Assembly: GCF_009914755.1 (NCBI RefSeq)
Contig: NC_060943.1
From: the human T2T-CHM13v2.0 reference genome, Homo sapiens
DNA: 64,000 nt
Strand: one strand, 5' to 3'
The number at the start of each line of letters is the position of its first letter. The first letter of the stretch is position 1. The notes beneath the pieces were generated by a model, which ran no database searches, was not told the DNA's origin, and worked only from the letters and a program-made list of their open reading frames with translations. This document shows, piece by piece, positions 24,638-41,412 of the stretch. The position numbers and the translations under genes are program-made.

Positions 24638-25168
24638 TAGCCAGGATGGTCTCGATCTCCTGACCTCCTGATCCGCCCACCTCGGCCTCCCAAAGTGCTG
24701 GGATTACAGGCATGAGCCACCACGCCCGGCCATATATTGTTGCTTTTAACAGAGACAGGATCTCACTGTATTGTCCAGGCTGGTCTCTAACTCCTGGGCT
24801 CAAGCGGTCCTCCTGCCTTGGCCCCCCAAAGTGTTGGCATTACAAGCATGAGCCACTCTGCCTGGCCAAGTGAGTGACAATGTTTTTGGCCACAATTTGC
24901 CCTCTGGTTGTAAGTTTCACATGCAATTGGAACTTTGATCTATTGAGGCGGGAACTCCAGGAGCCCCCTGGCTACGTGCAGCTGAGGTGGGATTGGAACC
25001 CCAGAAGATGAGCTTTTCAAGGAGCTAATCTTTTGTCCGGGTGTGGTGGCTCACACCTGTAATCCCAGCACTTTGGGAGGCGAGGTGGGTGGATCACCTG
25101 AGGTCAGGAGTTCAAGACCAGCCTGGCCAACATGGTGAAACCCTGCCTCTACAAAAATACAAAAATTA

Positions 25169-25315
<147 letters not shown>

Positions 25316-27143
25316 TCAAAAAAAAAAAGTGAGCTAATCTTCCCACACACCCAAGGAACTGATAAACGGAGACTTTGACCCTCCCTTTGCCCTCTTATCT
25401 CAAGACAAGGGAGAAGGGTCTATCAAGGTGTACCTCTGAGGATAAGGGATAGGCTCCTGACATTTGGAAACTGGGAAGGGCCAGGTAGAGGGAGGAGGTG
25501 GTGGGGAGGTCAGGCAGTGTCAGGGGCTGGGAGAGGCGCGGCAGTCAGCGAAGTTGTATGCAATGGTGCCTCAGTTTCCTCCTCTTTAAAATGAATTTCC
25601 AGCTCCAAGAACAATCTAGGCTCTAGTATTCATTTTTAGTATCTTCCCTTTGTCTTTTTTTTTTTTTTTTTTTGTAGAGACAGGGTCTCACTATGTTGAG
25701 ACCCTGGTCTTGAACTCCTGGGCTCAAGTGATCCTCCTGCCTTGGCCTCCCAAAGTCCTGGGATTATAGGCGTGAGCAACTGCACCTGCCTTAATTTCAG
25801 TTTTTGAGACAGGGTCTTATTCTGTTACCCAGGCTGGAGTGCAGTGGTGCAATCATGGCTCACTGCAGCATTGACTTCTTGGGCTCAAGTGATCCTCCCA
25901 CCTTGGCCTCCTGAATAGCTGGGACTACAGGCACACGCTACCATGCCCGGCTAATTTTATTTCATTATTTTATTTTATTTTTTGAGGTGGAGTCTCACTG
26001 TGTCGCCCAGGCTGGAGTGCAGTGGTGCGATCTCAGCTCACTGCAACTTCCACCTCCTGGTGTGATCTCGGCTCACTGCAACCTCCACCTCCTGGGTTCA
26101 AGCGATTCTCCTGCCTCCGCCTCCGGAGTAGCTGAGAATATAGGTGCAAGCCACCATGCCCGGCTAATTTTTGTATTTTTAGTAGAGACGGGGTTTCACC
26201 ATGTTGGCCAGGCTGGTCTTGAACTCCTGACCTCAGGTCATCTGCCTGCCTTGGCCTCCCAAAGTGCTGGGATGACAGGCGTGAGCCACCGTGCCCAGCA
26301 AATTTTATTTTTACTTTTGTAGGGTGTGTACGTGGGGGTCTTGCTATGCTGCCCAGGCTGGTCTCAAACTCCTGGCCTCAAGCAGTCCTCCTGCCTTGGC
26401 CTCCCAAAGTATTGGGATTACAGGCATGAGCCACTCTTCCCAGACCAGGCTTTTTAATTCCTTTCCCATCATTCCAAACACATCGATTGAGCACCTAGTG
26501 TGTGTTAGAGCCTCATTCTAGGTCTCTTTCTGTAAGGGACCACATAGGAAATCTTTGAAGAGTTCTTGTAATGCTGCCCTGTGGGGTAAGAGTAGCCACA
26601 CTCAGTATGGAAATCAATGGATGTGACTGGCTTCCAACAAAATCCTATACATGGACACTGAAATTTGAGTTCCATATAATTTTTATGTCTACCTAAATAT
26701 TACTTTCTTTTGATTTTTTAAAACCGTTTAAAAATGTAAAAGCCAGGCTGGGCGCGGTGGCTCACGCCTGTAATCCCAACACTTTAGGAGGCCGAGGCAG
26801 GCAGATCACGAGGTCAGGGGATTGAGGCCATCCTGGCTAACACGGTGAAACCCCATCTCTACTAAAAAATACAACAAAAAAATTAGCCAGGCGTGGTGGC
26901 GGGTGCCGTAGTCCCAGCTACTCGGGAGGCTGAGGCAGTAGAATGGCGTGAACCTGGGAGGCGGAGCTTGTAGTGAGCTGACATCATGCCACTACACTCC
27001 AGCCTGGGCGACAGAGCAAGACTCCGTCTCAAAAAAAAAAAAAGTAAAAGCCATTCGAAGCTTATGGACCATAGGGCCGAGGGTTGTGGATTGCCAATCT
27101 TTGTTCTAGGTGAACCAGACAGGCTCTGACCTCATGGAGCTGA

Positions 27144-27806
<663 letters not shown>

Positions 27807-29059
27807 TGAGACGGAGTCTCGTTCTGTTGCCCTGGCTGGAATGCAGTGGTATGATCCCAGCTCCCTGCAACCTCTGCCTCCCGGGTTCAAGCTATTCTCC
27901 TGCCTCAGCAAAAGTAGCTGAGACCACAGGTGCCCGCCACCATGCCCGGGTCATTTTTGTATTTTTAGTAGAGAGGGGGTTTCACCATGTTGGCCACTCT
28001 GGTGTTTTGTTTTGTTTTGTTTTGATACAGGGTCTCACTCTTGTGTCCCAGGCTGGAGTGCAGTAGCCCCATCTCCGCTCACTGCAACATCTGCCTCCTG
28101 GGCTCAAGTGATCCTCTCAGCCTCCCGAGTAGCTGGGATTACAGGCATGTGCCACCACACCCATCTAATTTTTTGTATTTTTAGTAGAGATGGGGTTTCG
28201 CCATGTTATCTAGGCTGGTCTCGAACTCCTGAGCTCAAGCGGTCCACCTGCCTTGGCCTCCCAAGTACTGGGATTACCGGCAGGAGCCGCCGCACCTGGC
28301 CAGAACATACAATTTCAAGTTGTGGCTCAAGAGAAGGTACCTGGCTTGGTCTGAGGAGTCAGGAGAAGTCTCCCTGAGGAGCTGACGTCTGAATTGAAAC
28401 GGAGAGGATGCTCAGGGGTTGGCCAAGGAGGCCAGAGAGGGAAAAGGGTTTTCAGTAGTCAGCAAGGTGGTGGGAACACACGTTTTTATAAATTCTGGTG
28501 GCCACTTCCATTTCATCTGCAAAGTAAGGATAAAGATATGGCTGGGTGAGGTGGCTCACATCTATAATCCCAGCGCTTTGGGAGGCCGAGGAGGGCAGAT
28601 CACTAGAGGCCAGGAGTTTGAGACCAGCCTGGCCAACGTGGCGAAACCCGCTCTCTACTAAAAATACAAAATTAGCCAGGCATGGTGGCGCGCCTGTAAT
28701 CCCAGCTACTTGGGAGGGTGAGGCAGGAGAATCACTAGAGCCTGTGAGGCAGAGGGTGCAATGAACCTAGATCACGCCCCTGCACTCCAGCCTGGGCGAC
28801 AGAGCAAGACTCCATCTCAAAAAAAGAAGAAGAAAAAAAAGATATCCCTTGGGTAGGGTTAGCTTAACGGGCTTACAGCAGTGCCTGGTATCCTGTAGGC
28901 ATTTCATGAATGCGTACACCTGGCCTGGAATGGTGCAGGCACTGCAGTAAGGCCTGATTGACACCTGATGGACAGCAGGCACTCCATTAATCTCTGGTCC
29001 GTGCCTGGCATATAGAATGTGTCCCATTAATGCCTGATACACAGTAGGTGTCCCATTAA

Positions 29060-29276
<217 letters not shown>

Positions 29277-29293
29277 TAGTCTCGATCTCCTGA

Positions 29294-29539
<246 letters not shown>

Positions 29540-30184
29540 TAGTTTTAGTAGAGACGGCGTTTCTCCCTGTTGGTCAGGCTGGTCTCGAACTCCAGACCTC
29601 AGGTGATCCGCCCGCCTCGGCCTTCCAAAGTGCTGGGATTACAGGCGTGAGCCACCGCGCCCGACCTCCATTAACGCTTTTTAATGGATGAGTGAAGGTT
29701 CCTGTCAGGCAATGTCAGGGCGCTTCCCGGGGGCAGCGACTGCTCCCCAGGCACCTGGAGACCCAGAGAGCGCAGCAGCCGCGTGCGCGCCTCCGCCACC
29801 GCGCCTGGGCCGAGCCGAGCGGGACCGAGCGGGGCCGAACGGAGCCGAGCGGAGCCGAGCCTGGCCGGGCCGAGTCCGCCACATTCCCACAATCCCGGGC
29901 GGCCCCGCCCCGGCTCCCGGCTGCGCGTCCCCCTTCCCACGTCGGCGCAACCAAACCCGCGGGCCCCCGGCCCTCGCCCCGCCCCGCCCCTTTCGCGCCC
30001 GCCGACGCCCCGCCCAGGCCGCTAGTCCCGCCCCCATGGTGGGCGCGCTTGGCCGCCGGCCCCTCCCATTGGCCGCACCGTCTGCCCGTCGCGGGCTGCG
30101 CTCCCAGCCTGCTAGGTTGTCCGGCGCTGTCGCTCGGTTGCGGCGGCTGCGGTTGGCGGTGGCTGCGGCGGCGGCGCGGGCTGA

Positions 30185-31159
<975 letters not shown>

Positions 31160-33554
31160 TAACCCACAGGGCACACTCACCCCTCACTGCTCAGGGCCCC
31201 GCGTTGACCCTTCCCTCCAGGCAGAGCCCTGTACACTCCATGCAGGCCCTGTACCCTCCATGCAGGCCCTGTACACCCCCCCATCCCCCCGAAGACTCCT
31301 CCGTGTCCCCTATCCCCACATTCCCTTCAGGGCCATTCTCCTGCCTTCCTGTTCCGGGAAACCCCGTACTCCTCTTGGCTGGAATGCACCCTGTGGGAAA
31401 AAGACAGTCTTTCCTCTCCTCAGGGTTCCGCTCAGCTGAGGGTGGGGCGGTTGACACCTGAGGGAGCCTTTGCTTGTTGTCCCAAGCAGCTATCTCGGCA
31501 GCCTCCCCCGCCCCCTTCCTTAGAGTCCTGGTGGGAGCCACGCTGAGTCCTCGTTGAGAGCAGCCCCCCACCTGCCGGCTCCTCCCCACCGTCCTGGAGA
31601 AGGTTTGCTGGTGAACCTCCTTCTCCCCAAGGCACACCTGCTGCAGGGAGCCAGTCGGGCCAGCTGTAAAGTGTTGTCACCCCAAATAAGGGCCCCTTCA
31701 GTGGTTTACAAAACAGAAGCTCTTGCCCTGCCCCGCCCCTGCCCTCCCGAGCTCCTAGGTTAGCTCCTGGGCCGGGGGCGGGGCGGTGGGGAAGGTCGGA
31801 AATGCGTGAGAGGCAGCGGTGACGGAGGAGGGGGCGTGCTGGTGGCGGTGGCTCTTGGGGAGGAGGCAGGTCGCATGTTGTGTGGGGAACACGTTGCCTC
31901 TCCTGCCGTGAGCCTCTTAGGGCCCTCCGTGTCCCGGGTTACAGAGGTGCCTTGGATGAAACGCCTTCCTGATTTTTTTCCCCAAACTTGTGTTTTGATT
32001 TACCTAAGGGTTCTAAAATGGGCCATCTTTCCAGGGGGCCGCGGGTAGGCAGAGCCGTGGTCCTCACGTTTGGAGGAAATGTGCAGTGCGGCCCGCGTGG
32101 TGGCACTTTGCACAGAGTGGCACTGGCTGGCTTTTGTAGTGGGTCGTGGACTTTGTTTGGATGGAGGGGAGTTAGGAATTACTGGTGTCATAAAGATCTT
32201 ACCAGATGGCCTTGCCCTGTGGCTCTGTGACCTCCAGAACCCCCGCCGCCATCCCTGCATGCACCCGGTCTTCTGTGCCTGCACTTTGGACTTGAGATTG
32301 ACACGGGGTTCAAGGACGAAGGTCAGGGGCTCCCGTGTCTGCCGCCTTGGCTGCTTGGAGCAAGTCTGGAAGTGATGCGGCCCTTCCCGCATCCTCTGTC
32401 CAGTGCCCGCCTGTGGCCCGGGGGTGTCTGCTGCAGGAGCACCTGTGTCTGCAGTCCCACCCCCTCCCACTCTGTGAGCCTGAAAGTTGACCCCTATCAG
32501 CCTGTAAGACGGGAGGTTGCTGTCAGGCTCAGGGCCAGGCGTGGCAGATAGGACAGTGAGGAAGATGTGAGCTCACGTGCGACCCAAGGAGGACTGGTGT
32601 CAGTGCCACGCAGAGAGCCGGGGCTGTCAGGGGGTTGGGAGGGCTTCACACCCAAGGTGTTGGAGCCAGGGACCCCTTTGGGAATCTGATGCGACAGACC
32701 CTCAGAAAACTTCCCGTCCAAGCAACCTTGCATCCCAGCTGGAGGGCCCCTTGCTGGGAGGACTTTGACCACCTGAGGTCCAGGGGCTGGGGCCTCAGGG
32801 TGCAGGGGAGGGGACCTCTGTCAGGCTCCCTGCCTGCTTGTGGGAACTCATTCCACTCTCCCAGTAGGCCAGCCCCGAGCTTGCGATTGCCCCCGTTTTT
32901 CAGGGAGCAGCTAGAGGGTGGGGCCGAGGCTCCCAGGAAGGAAGGGGCTGTTGGGCTGCAGCAGGTGGCTATGGCGCCTGCGGCCCACGGAATGTTCAGA
33001 GACCTCTGGGTGGAGGTCCTGGCACTCCGCAGGAGGCCCAGCCAAGCTGGGTCTGCCTCTCCCTAGAATTCTTTCCTCCCCTGCCCCTTAGCAGTGGGGG
33101 CTCCATCCCTCCTCCCCCATGGCTCCCGTACAGCGTTGTGGAGTGGATGTCGGGGAGGGAGGCAGGGGCCTGCCACCACACCCCTGTGGCATCTGGGGCC
33201 CAGGAGGGTCTCGTTTATGTGGGTGGTGCTGGTTTCTTCCAGGCTCTGGGGCAGCAGGGCTCCAGGGCCCTGCCCTGACTCCTGGGTTTGCAACCAGGTG
33301 GAGCATGTTCTGGAAGAACGCCGCGTCTGCTCGCTCTCATCCACTGCCTCCCTGGGGCTGCACACGGCCTGTGAGGTCGGTCAGCCTGGCGAGGACATTC
33401 CGTGCCCCGTTTTCGGGGTGGGGGGGACCTTACGGAGCCCTAGAGCTGGACGGGGCTCCGGCTGCCGTGCCGCCTCTCCCGCGGCGGCTAAAATGTGCTG
33501 TTCACGCCTCAGATGGGCCTCTCCGTTACGTACAACAGGTCTCCCCGGGGCCCT

Positions 33555-33735
33555 GTGCACATTGGTCCGGGTTGGTCTCTGGGGTGGGGCTGCCCTGGGC
33601 ACTGCAGGGTGCTGAGCAGTGTCTGAGGCCTCCACCCACTCCATGCCAGGAGCTCCCCCAAGTCGTGATAACCACAGATGTCTCTAGACAGTGCCCATTG
33701 TCCCTTGGGGGGCACGTTGCCCCCATTTGAGACCC
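33555..33735 (-). mobile_element. MER20-like copy (intron 1)
   Basis: Diagnostic blocks at 33597 and 33637. Confidence 0.78.
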
Positions 33736-35914
33736 TTTACTGTGTGGTAGCGTACAACGTAAAATGCTCGTGGCAAAGCTGAGGGATAATGAGTGCAAAT
33801 TATTTTGTCAGAAGTTTCCATGAGTGCTTATAGAGTATTTTTCTAAGCACCGTCAAAGCCGTGTGTGTGTGAATTCACTACTCAGTGTATGCATGAGTGT
33901 GAATGCATGTATTGTTTTATACCCGTGGTATTCCAGGTTTGTCCCTATGCACACTTCTGTCGATGCTGGTGACAGCTGTGGATGGGTACAGGAGTGGCGA
34001 GCACGTACTGCGCACTTAGTGCACACGCTGCTCCCGCCTCCGTCCGCGCCGCCGCCATCCTGGGGTCCGCCCTGTGGCCTGGAGAGCTCTTGCAGGCCCT
34101 GCCAGCAGCTCTTGGATCTGGGTTCCCATTCCCCAGGCCCGCTGGGCTTCTGCCTATCACGGGCAGCCCTCGGCTGTTAGGTTTCCGTCTCACTGGTAAA
34201 CTGTGGAGGGGACCCCCGTATAGTTCTTTGTGGCAGGTTTGTGGTTGGAAACGTGGGGACTTCCATGGGAATGCCTGTTCCCAGGGCCTGAGGCTGCTAG
34301 CGAGGCTGAGCCGGAGTGGCTCCAGGCTTTCTAAATAAAGCAGGATGGTTAGTTCCGGAGGCTTCCTGTCCGGCCTGCGCCAGCCCCCACGGGGCAGTGA
34401 CAAGGCCCGGGATCCAGCATGGGGTGCGGTGGCCCCACGGGAAGGGCCGGGCCTCTGTTGGCCCAGTGTTGGGAGGCGTGGAGCGTGGCCTCTGGCGCCT
34501 GGCAGGGTGGCTGTGCCGTGTCCCAGAAGACTCTGGGAGCAGGAAGCGCCCTTGGATGGCCTCGTCCAACCTTGACTTCCCAAGCCCGAGCCCAGGCCAG
34601 GGAGACGTGGGGACTTGGTCCGGGCCTGCTCTCACGTCCTTTGTGTTTACATGTAATCAGTTATGATGATTGTGGCTGAAAGGGTCTGCTTTTCCCGGGC
34701 ATGGTCCGGGAAGCTCCGTTCCACAGCTGTGAGCTCCGTGGAGCTTCCTCCCGAGCCTCCTGCCCGGCTCTGCCGGTGCTGTGGTGAGAGTGGAGGAAGT
34801 GCTTTCCTCCGAGATTTAACCACGAGAGGTTTCACTTTCTGAGTCTTGTGGTGGAGCCTGTCTCTGTCTGGGACCTGGACCCTGGGCAGCACGGGGAGGA
34901 CGCCGTGGCATCAGGAGGTTGGAGAGGTGTGTGGTGGAGTCGGACGGATCTTAGAGGGGCGCTCGCGGGGCCTGCTCGGCCCTACCCTGTAGACAGAGCT
35001 GGGACCCAGCGCCCCTTCTGGGTCCCCAGCAGGGCTGTGTTCTCCCCACTGGGCACCCCAGCTTGTGCGTGGAGGATGGGAAGCCTTGTATGGCTTGCCC
35101 ACCTGGGTGACTGAGAGCGGTGGATGCGATTAGGGGCGGCCAGGGGCTCTGGGAAGGCCCACGTGCAGGGTCATTATCTGGCAGAAATTAAGTCCTTTCG
35201 CAGAACCGGGATCCTAAGTGCCGGTTTGCTGGCGTGCAGGTGGTTGCAGGTGCATGTAGCTCCTGCCGCCAGGCCCTGTGTGGAGCATCCCGCCCGGGGG
35301 GCCTCCCACCGTGTCTGTCATCTGTAGGGCACCTGGCAGGTCTTAGAATTGGCTGCCCTGGATCCAGACTCTCGCTGTCATCTGGGCCTGGCCACATCCC
35401 TCCCCTGCCATCAAGATGTCTGTGGTCCAGTCTCCCACCCTCCATCCCCACTCCCTGCCTCTGGGTCAGAAGCCTCCGATGGTCTCTGCTGTGGGGGTTC
35501 CTGGTCCAGTCTGGCCTCCCGCAGTCTGCCGACAGGCGCTTTCAGGACAGCACTGGTGGGTGGGTCTTCGGGCCACCTGCAGGGCCTGGGAGCAGTGTGG
35601 TGTCCGGATCAGGTACGTGGCCTGGGGAGACTCAGGTTCAGAGCCTACCTCTGCCTCTTGTAACTGTGGGACTTCAGGTCTGTGCCTCAGTTTCCTCAGG
35701 GGGCGGTGGGGTGAGGACTCGGTGGTGATCCCCATCCCGCCGCACGTGGGGACCCACGGAATGCTGGCTGCTGCTTCCGCTGCCGGTGTGGTGATATCTT
35801 GTCGCGTCCACAGCACCTGGCGTGTGTGGCACACATTGGGTGCTCTGAGAAACTGCTCCATGGGGGATCCTGCCCTGGGATCTGGGATCTGCCCACAGAC
35901 ACCTTGATCAGGAT

Positions 35915-36090
35915 TCCCCAGCCTCGGCTCCGTGGGTGTTTTACACTGGATCGTTCTCTGGGGTGGAGCTGTCTTGGGCACTGCAGGGTACTGAGCAGCG
36001 TCCCTGGCCTCCACCCACACCAGACCAGGAGCACCCCCAAGTTGTGACAACCACAGAAGTCCCCAGACATCGCCTAGTGTCCCTGGGAGC
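35915..36090 (-). mobile_element. MER20-like copy (intron 1)
   Basis: Block at 35976, plus GTTGTGACAACCACAGAAGTCCCCAGACATCG. Confidence 0.78.
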
Positions 36091-37057
36091 AGGACCCCTG
36101 ACCCGTGTGTCTTAGCAGCCCCCTTCCCTTCTCGTCGCCATCGTCAGCTGCGTGTCCTTGGTCCCCTGCTTCCCTGCCCATGTCATTGAGCTGTGCAGGT
36201 CTCAGAGATGCTTGGCGAGTGACCGTCATTGGCTGACTGAAGGCAGATCACGCAGGGAAGTGGAGAGGAGTGGCCCGACACCTCCCCAATGCCCTGCAGG
36301 CTGGTCTGGTGCACGCCAGGGGTCTCTGCTGGGGCAGGCTCGGTTGCCACCTGCCTGTGGGCCTGTGCACTGGGCAGAAGGGGTCTCCGGGGACAGTGCG
36401 CAGCTGGCTCTCAGAAGCTTCTTTCTGAGTCCTGCCTGTGGCCTGGGCTGCCCTGGGCTGGCCAGCACGGGGCAGTGGGGGCACACTCTGGAGGGAGCCA
36501 GGGGCGAGTCACTTCCCTCTCCCGGCCTCAGTTTCCCCATCGGTCACGTGGGAAGGCTGTCCCTCCCCCTGTAGGATTGTGGAAGGATTAAATGAGCTGA
36601 GGCCAGTGCGGCAGACAGCGGGGAGGGAGCCCTCTTGTCCCCTGTGGCTGCCCTTCCTGCTGGCTGCTTTGCACCGAAAAGCTGCGGAGTAACCCTGGGC
36701 GGTGGTGCTCCCTGGATGGCGTCCACATGGGGACCCCAAGGCCTGGGAGGCTCCAGGAGGGACGGTGCTGGCCCAGGTTTCTGTCCCTGTCTGACCTCGG
36801 AGTTGGTGTTCTGGGTACCGCACTGTCCGGCGGCCCAGGCTCCGTTTTCTCTTCTGTCAAACTGTGTGGTCACCCTGATGTTTCAGGGGCCCTGCAGGGA
36901 CGGAGTGGGGTGGGGGGCTGAAGGGTGTGGTCAAACTGGAGGGCGCTGTGTCTGTTGCTATTGTTAACCGTGTCCACACTGATGGGTGCTGGGCCCCGCC
37001 ACCGAGCGGGACTTGTGCGGCCTGCAGAGATGTGGCTGTTCTGTTGCCTGTCTTAAT

Positions 37058-37200
37058 CCCCAGGGACTGTGGGGCCAGGTCCACACTGTGGGATGAGTGC
37101 AGCCCCCAGGGCTGTGGTGGGGCTGGGTCCACGCTGTGGGATGAATGCAGCCCCCAGGGACTGTGGGGCCGGGTCCACGCTGTGGGATGAATGAAGCAGC
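37058..37200. repeat. ~46-48 bp tandem repeat, 3 copies
   Basis: CCCCAGGGACTGTGGGGCCGGGTCCACGCTGTGGGATGAATGCAG repeated. Confidence 0.9.
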
Positions 37201-37559
37201 CTTTTCTCCAGCCACACTGGTTTGCTCGGCCTTAGTCCCACTGGATGCGGCGAGGGTTGACCGGTCAGGCCCTTGCTGGTGGCCTGGGTAGATGTCTGGA
37301 GAGGGGGCCTGGGCCTCCGGACTCCTGCCCTTCCCCCATCAGTGATCCTATCCCACACTCTTTGGCGATGGTCAGTGAGCTGGGCAGGGGCGGGGGTCTG
37401 TCCCTGTCCCTCAGGTGGAGATGTCCAGGCCAGTGCCCACAACTGGGTTAGATGGGCTGCACAAGGCTGGGGACCAGTCTCCCAGGCTGTCGGGGGGCTT
37501 CAGTAATGGCTGTGGGAAGACCCAGCACGTGAGGAGACGGGAGCTTAGAAATTTTGTAT

Positions 37560-37938
<379 letters not shown>

Positions 37939-38944
37939 TCACTCCCACTTGGGAGCCAGTCTGCACGGAAGCCTCAGTGGGAACAGAACAAGGTGGCATG
38001 GCCCCTGACCGGCGAGGGGCAGTTAGTATCTGCACCTTTGAGGCACCTGGGGACTCTGCTGCTGTGGAGATGGGATTGGGTTCCAGTCCAGAGGCTGTCC
38101 TGCCATCGCTGCCCCTGGCTGTCATGCCCCACCTGGGGTAGTGAGTTTCGGGGCAGCTCTTTCTTGAGCCTCAGCAGCGGGGTGAGCCGGGTGCACTTCC
38201 TCTCTCAGGGCGCCCCCTTGTCTTCTTGCCTCCCTGCCTGAGGGTGCGTGCTGGAGCAGAAGAGCACGTCCTGGGCTGCCTGCCGGGGATAAGCTGCGGA
38301 GCCAGGAGACCGAAGTCTCTTCAGGCCCTGCCATTAGGGGTCGTGTGACTTCAGGGAGGCAGCTTGTCCTCTCCGTGCCTCAGTTTCCCCTCCAGTCAAT
38401 CAGGCGCTGAGGTGCTGTCTACCTCCTGGGGTTCTGAGACTGAAGCGAAGCAGGCATGAGGCCCCTTGTGAAGCTGGATGAGGGGCGTCCGTCCTCCGCT
38501 GCAGGAGGGCTGCCCCTCCTCGGGCCCCTGCGTCAGGTTGGTGCCTGGCTCTGACCCCACACCCACCAGTACAGCTCTTGGTCAGGGTTAGATTTCCTGG
38601 CTGTTTCCAAGAGCCAAGATCACAGGCACACGCATGCACACGCGTGGGCTGCCACCACCCGCCTTCTCATGGGTGCTGACAAACGGTCATGTGTATCCCC
38701 CAGGTGGGGCCCTGTGGCTCTGGCCTTGCTCCCGGTGTGTGCACTGGCCTGGCCTCCCCGCAGCCTGGTGGGGGCTTCCTGGCTTCTCGGCCCACATCTC
38801 ACAGTCTTGGGCACTGTGGGGCTCGGCTCAGGCGTCGTAGACGGGAAGCAGCCTGGAACCCTGGAAGTCTGACTCCCAGGTGTCGGCTCCCAGGTCTCAG
38901 CCCTGCCACTGGGGTCATGGGTTACTTGAATCTTTATATACTTT

Positions 38945-39865
38945 TTATTTGTTATTTATTTATTTATTTATTTATTTTTGAGAGAGAGTCTCACTCTGTC
39001 GCCCAGGCTGGAGTGCAGTGGTGCAGTCTTGGCTCACTGCAACCTCTGCCTCCTGGTTCAAGTGATTCTCCTGCCTCAGCCTCCCGAGAAGCTGGGATTA
39101 CAGGCGCATGCCACCACACCCGGCTAATTTTTGTATTTTTAGTGGAGATGTGGTTTCACTATGTTGGCCAGGCTGGTCTCCAACTTCTGACCTCAGGTGA
39201 TCCGCTTGCCTTGGCCTCCCAAAGTGCTGGGATTACAGGCGTGAGCCACTGCGCCCGGCCTTGAATCTTTTTTTTTTTTTTTTTTTTTTTTTTTTGAGAC
39301 AAGGTCTCACTTGTCACCCAGGCTGGAGTGCAGTGGTAGAATGTTTGCTCACCTCTGTCTCTTTGGTTCAAGCGTTTCTCCTGCCTCAGCCTCCTGAGTA
39401 GCTGGGATTACAAGCGCCCACTGCCACACCCAGCTAATTTTTTTTTTTGTAAATTTTTTTTTTTTGAGACAAGAGTCTTGCTCTGTCGCCTAGGCTGGAG
39501 TGCAGTGGCACGATCTCAGCTCACCACAAGCTCCGCCTCCTGATTCACGCCATTCTCCTGCCTCAGCTTTCAGGCGCCTGCCACCATGCCCGGCTAATTT
39601 TTTGTAGTTTTAGTGGAGACGCGGTTTCACCGTGTTAGCCAGGATGGTCTCGATCTCCTGACCTCGTGATCCGCCCACCTTGGCCTCCCAAAGTGCCGGG
39701 ATTACAGGTGTGAGCCACCATGCCTGGCCATTTTTGTAAATTTTTTGGTAGAGACAGGGTTTCACCATGTTGGCTAGGCTGGTCTTGAACTCCTGACCTC
39801 AAATGATCCACCTGCCTCGGCCTCAAAGTGCTGGGATTACAGGCGTGAGCCACCGCGCCCGGCTT
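38945..39865 (-). mobile_element. Cluster of three antisense Alus, one nested (intron 1)
   Basis: Alu text; TTGAATCTT repeated at 38926, 39261 and 39865. Confidence 0.92.
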
Positions 39866-41019
39866 TGAATCTTGAGCATCGGATGAGCCCCCAGCTCCTG
39901 CTCTCAGGGCTGCGCCCTCTTGTGGCGCTTGGAGCCTCCTTTTCTTCCGTTTTCCTTTCCCACCGGGGAAAAGGAAGCTGGGGCACGGACTTCGTTCCTC
40001 CTGGTTGGCCTCTCCAGATCTTGGCCAGCGGGTCCAGTCGGGAGGGTGGTTTTCTCCTCTGGAAGCTGGCTCAGTGGGAGCAGTGGGCGGACTCTGGCCC
40101 CTCCTAGTGGTGGCGTGCTGAGTGTACCTGAGGATGTACCTCCTGCAGGCTCCCTAGCGTCTGGGGTCCACTGTGGGGCGGCCTGTGGCAGGCCCACCAG
40201 GAACCATGCTTGCACAGGCAAAGCACCTTGCTTGTGGTTGTGTGGGGGGCTCCCTCAGGTGTGGGAGATGTGGGCCCCATTCTCCCAGGAGCCATGGCTG
40301 GTGACATGCAGTCAGGTCCATCCTGACGGGCACTGGAGTGCGGGGGACCCAATGGGGACATGAGGGATCCAGCACCGTGGACCAGGGCCAGGTTCATTTG
40401 GTTCGCTCAGGAAACATGTACACAGCGCCTTCTGCATAGGGGCTAGGGATGCAGGTGGGCAGGGCAGCCACAGCCCCTGCGCTCAGGAAGCTGGCGAGGC
40501 AGGCTGCAGATGGGCACTGCCACACCTCACTGAGGAGGGAATGGCAGAGCCACCCTCAAAGGGCCTGTGCTGTGGGGGTGCTGGGCGCTTCCTGAACGCC
40601 GGGCTCTTGGATTTCTGCAGTGGGGGTTCTCCGGGCGTTTGGGAAGGGGAAGGACCTGATGGAAGGGGTAGTTTATATTTAACTCTGGTGCTGAAGCAAG
40701 GGTCGCACACAGCTGCCAGTGCCCACGACGGCCTCCTGGGAGGCTGAGCTCACCAGCTCCAGACCCAGTCTGAGGCAGGAACCTGGGGGTCTCACAGCGG
40801 GACCGGTGGTGGGTGTGGCCTCGTGGCAGGGAGGGAGGGTGGGAGGGGTGCATGTGAAGTTGGGTTTGACTCGTCACCCGTGGAGTGCGTGCTCCCCTGC
40901 CACAGGCAGGGGCCAGGCAGCATCTGTCCTGCAGGACCCTCCCAGCTGCCCTTTCATGGCCGGACCCCTGGCTGGATCCCTGGCTTCCTGCAGTGTTCTC
41001 TTTTCCTAACATTTTGTCA

Positions 41020-41412
41020 CCGTCTCAGTCAGCTCGGGCTGCTGTGACAATACTGCAGGCACAGTGGCTTGTAAACTACCCGAGTTTGTCTCATGGTTCT
41101 GGAGGCTGGACGTCCAAGATCAAGGTTCTGTGGATTTGGGGGGTTGGGGGGAAGGGGGGGTTGTGCTTCCTGGTACATAGACAGCGGCGCTGTGGATTTG
41201 GTGTAGGGGGTGGTTGTGTTTCCTGGTTCATAGACAGCGGTGCCTTCTTGCTGTGTCCTCATGCGGACGGGATCCCTCCTGGAACCATCAGTGCCCTCAT
41301 GAAAGAGCCCCCCAAGAGCTCCGCGGCGGAAGAAGCTGATCCCGCCTCCCAACACCACTGTCTTAGGGGTGAGAATTTTAACATAGGAATTTGGGGGGAT
41401 CACAGACATTCA
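41020..41412. mobile_element. MaLR (MST/MLT1-like) LTR
   Basis: GTCTCAGTCAGCTCGGGCTGCTGTGACAA...GGTTCTGGAGGCTGGACGTCCAAGATCAAGG...TTTAACATAGGAATTTGGGGGG. Confidence 0.65.

Noticed and set aside
26025-26095. ~35-bp tandem duplication inside an Alu; 13-bp duplication at 61107-61138
   Set aside because: Ordinary slippage duplications with no sign of function.
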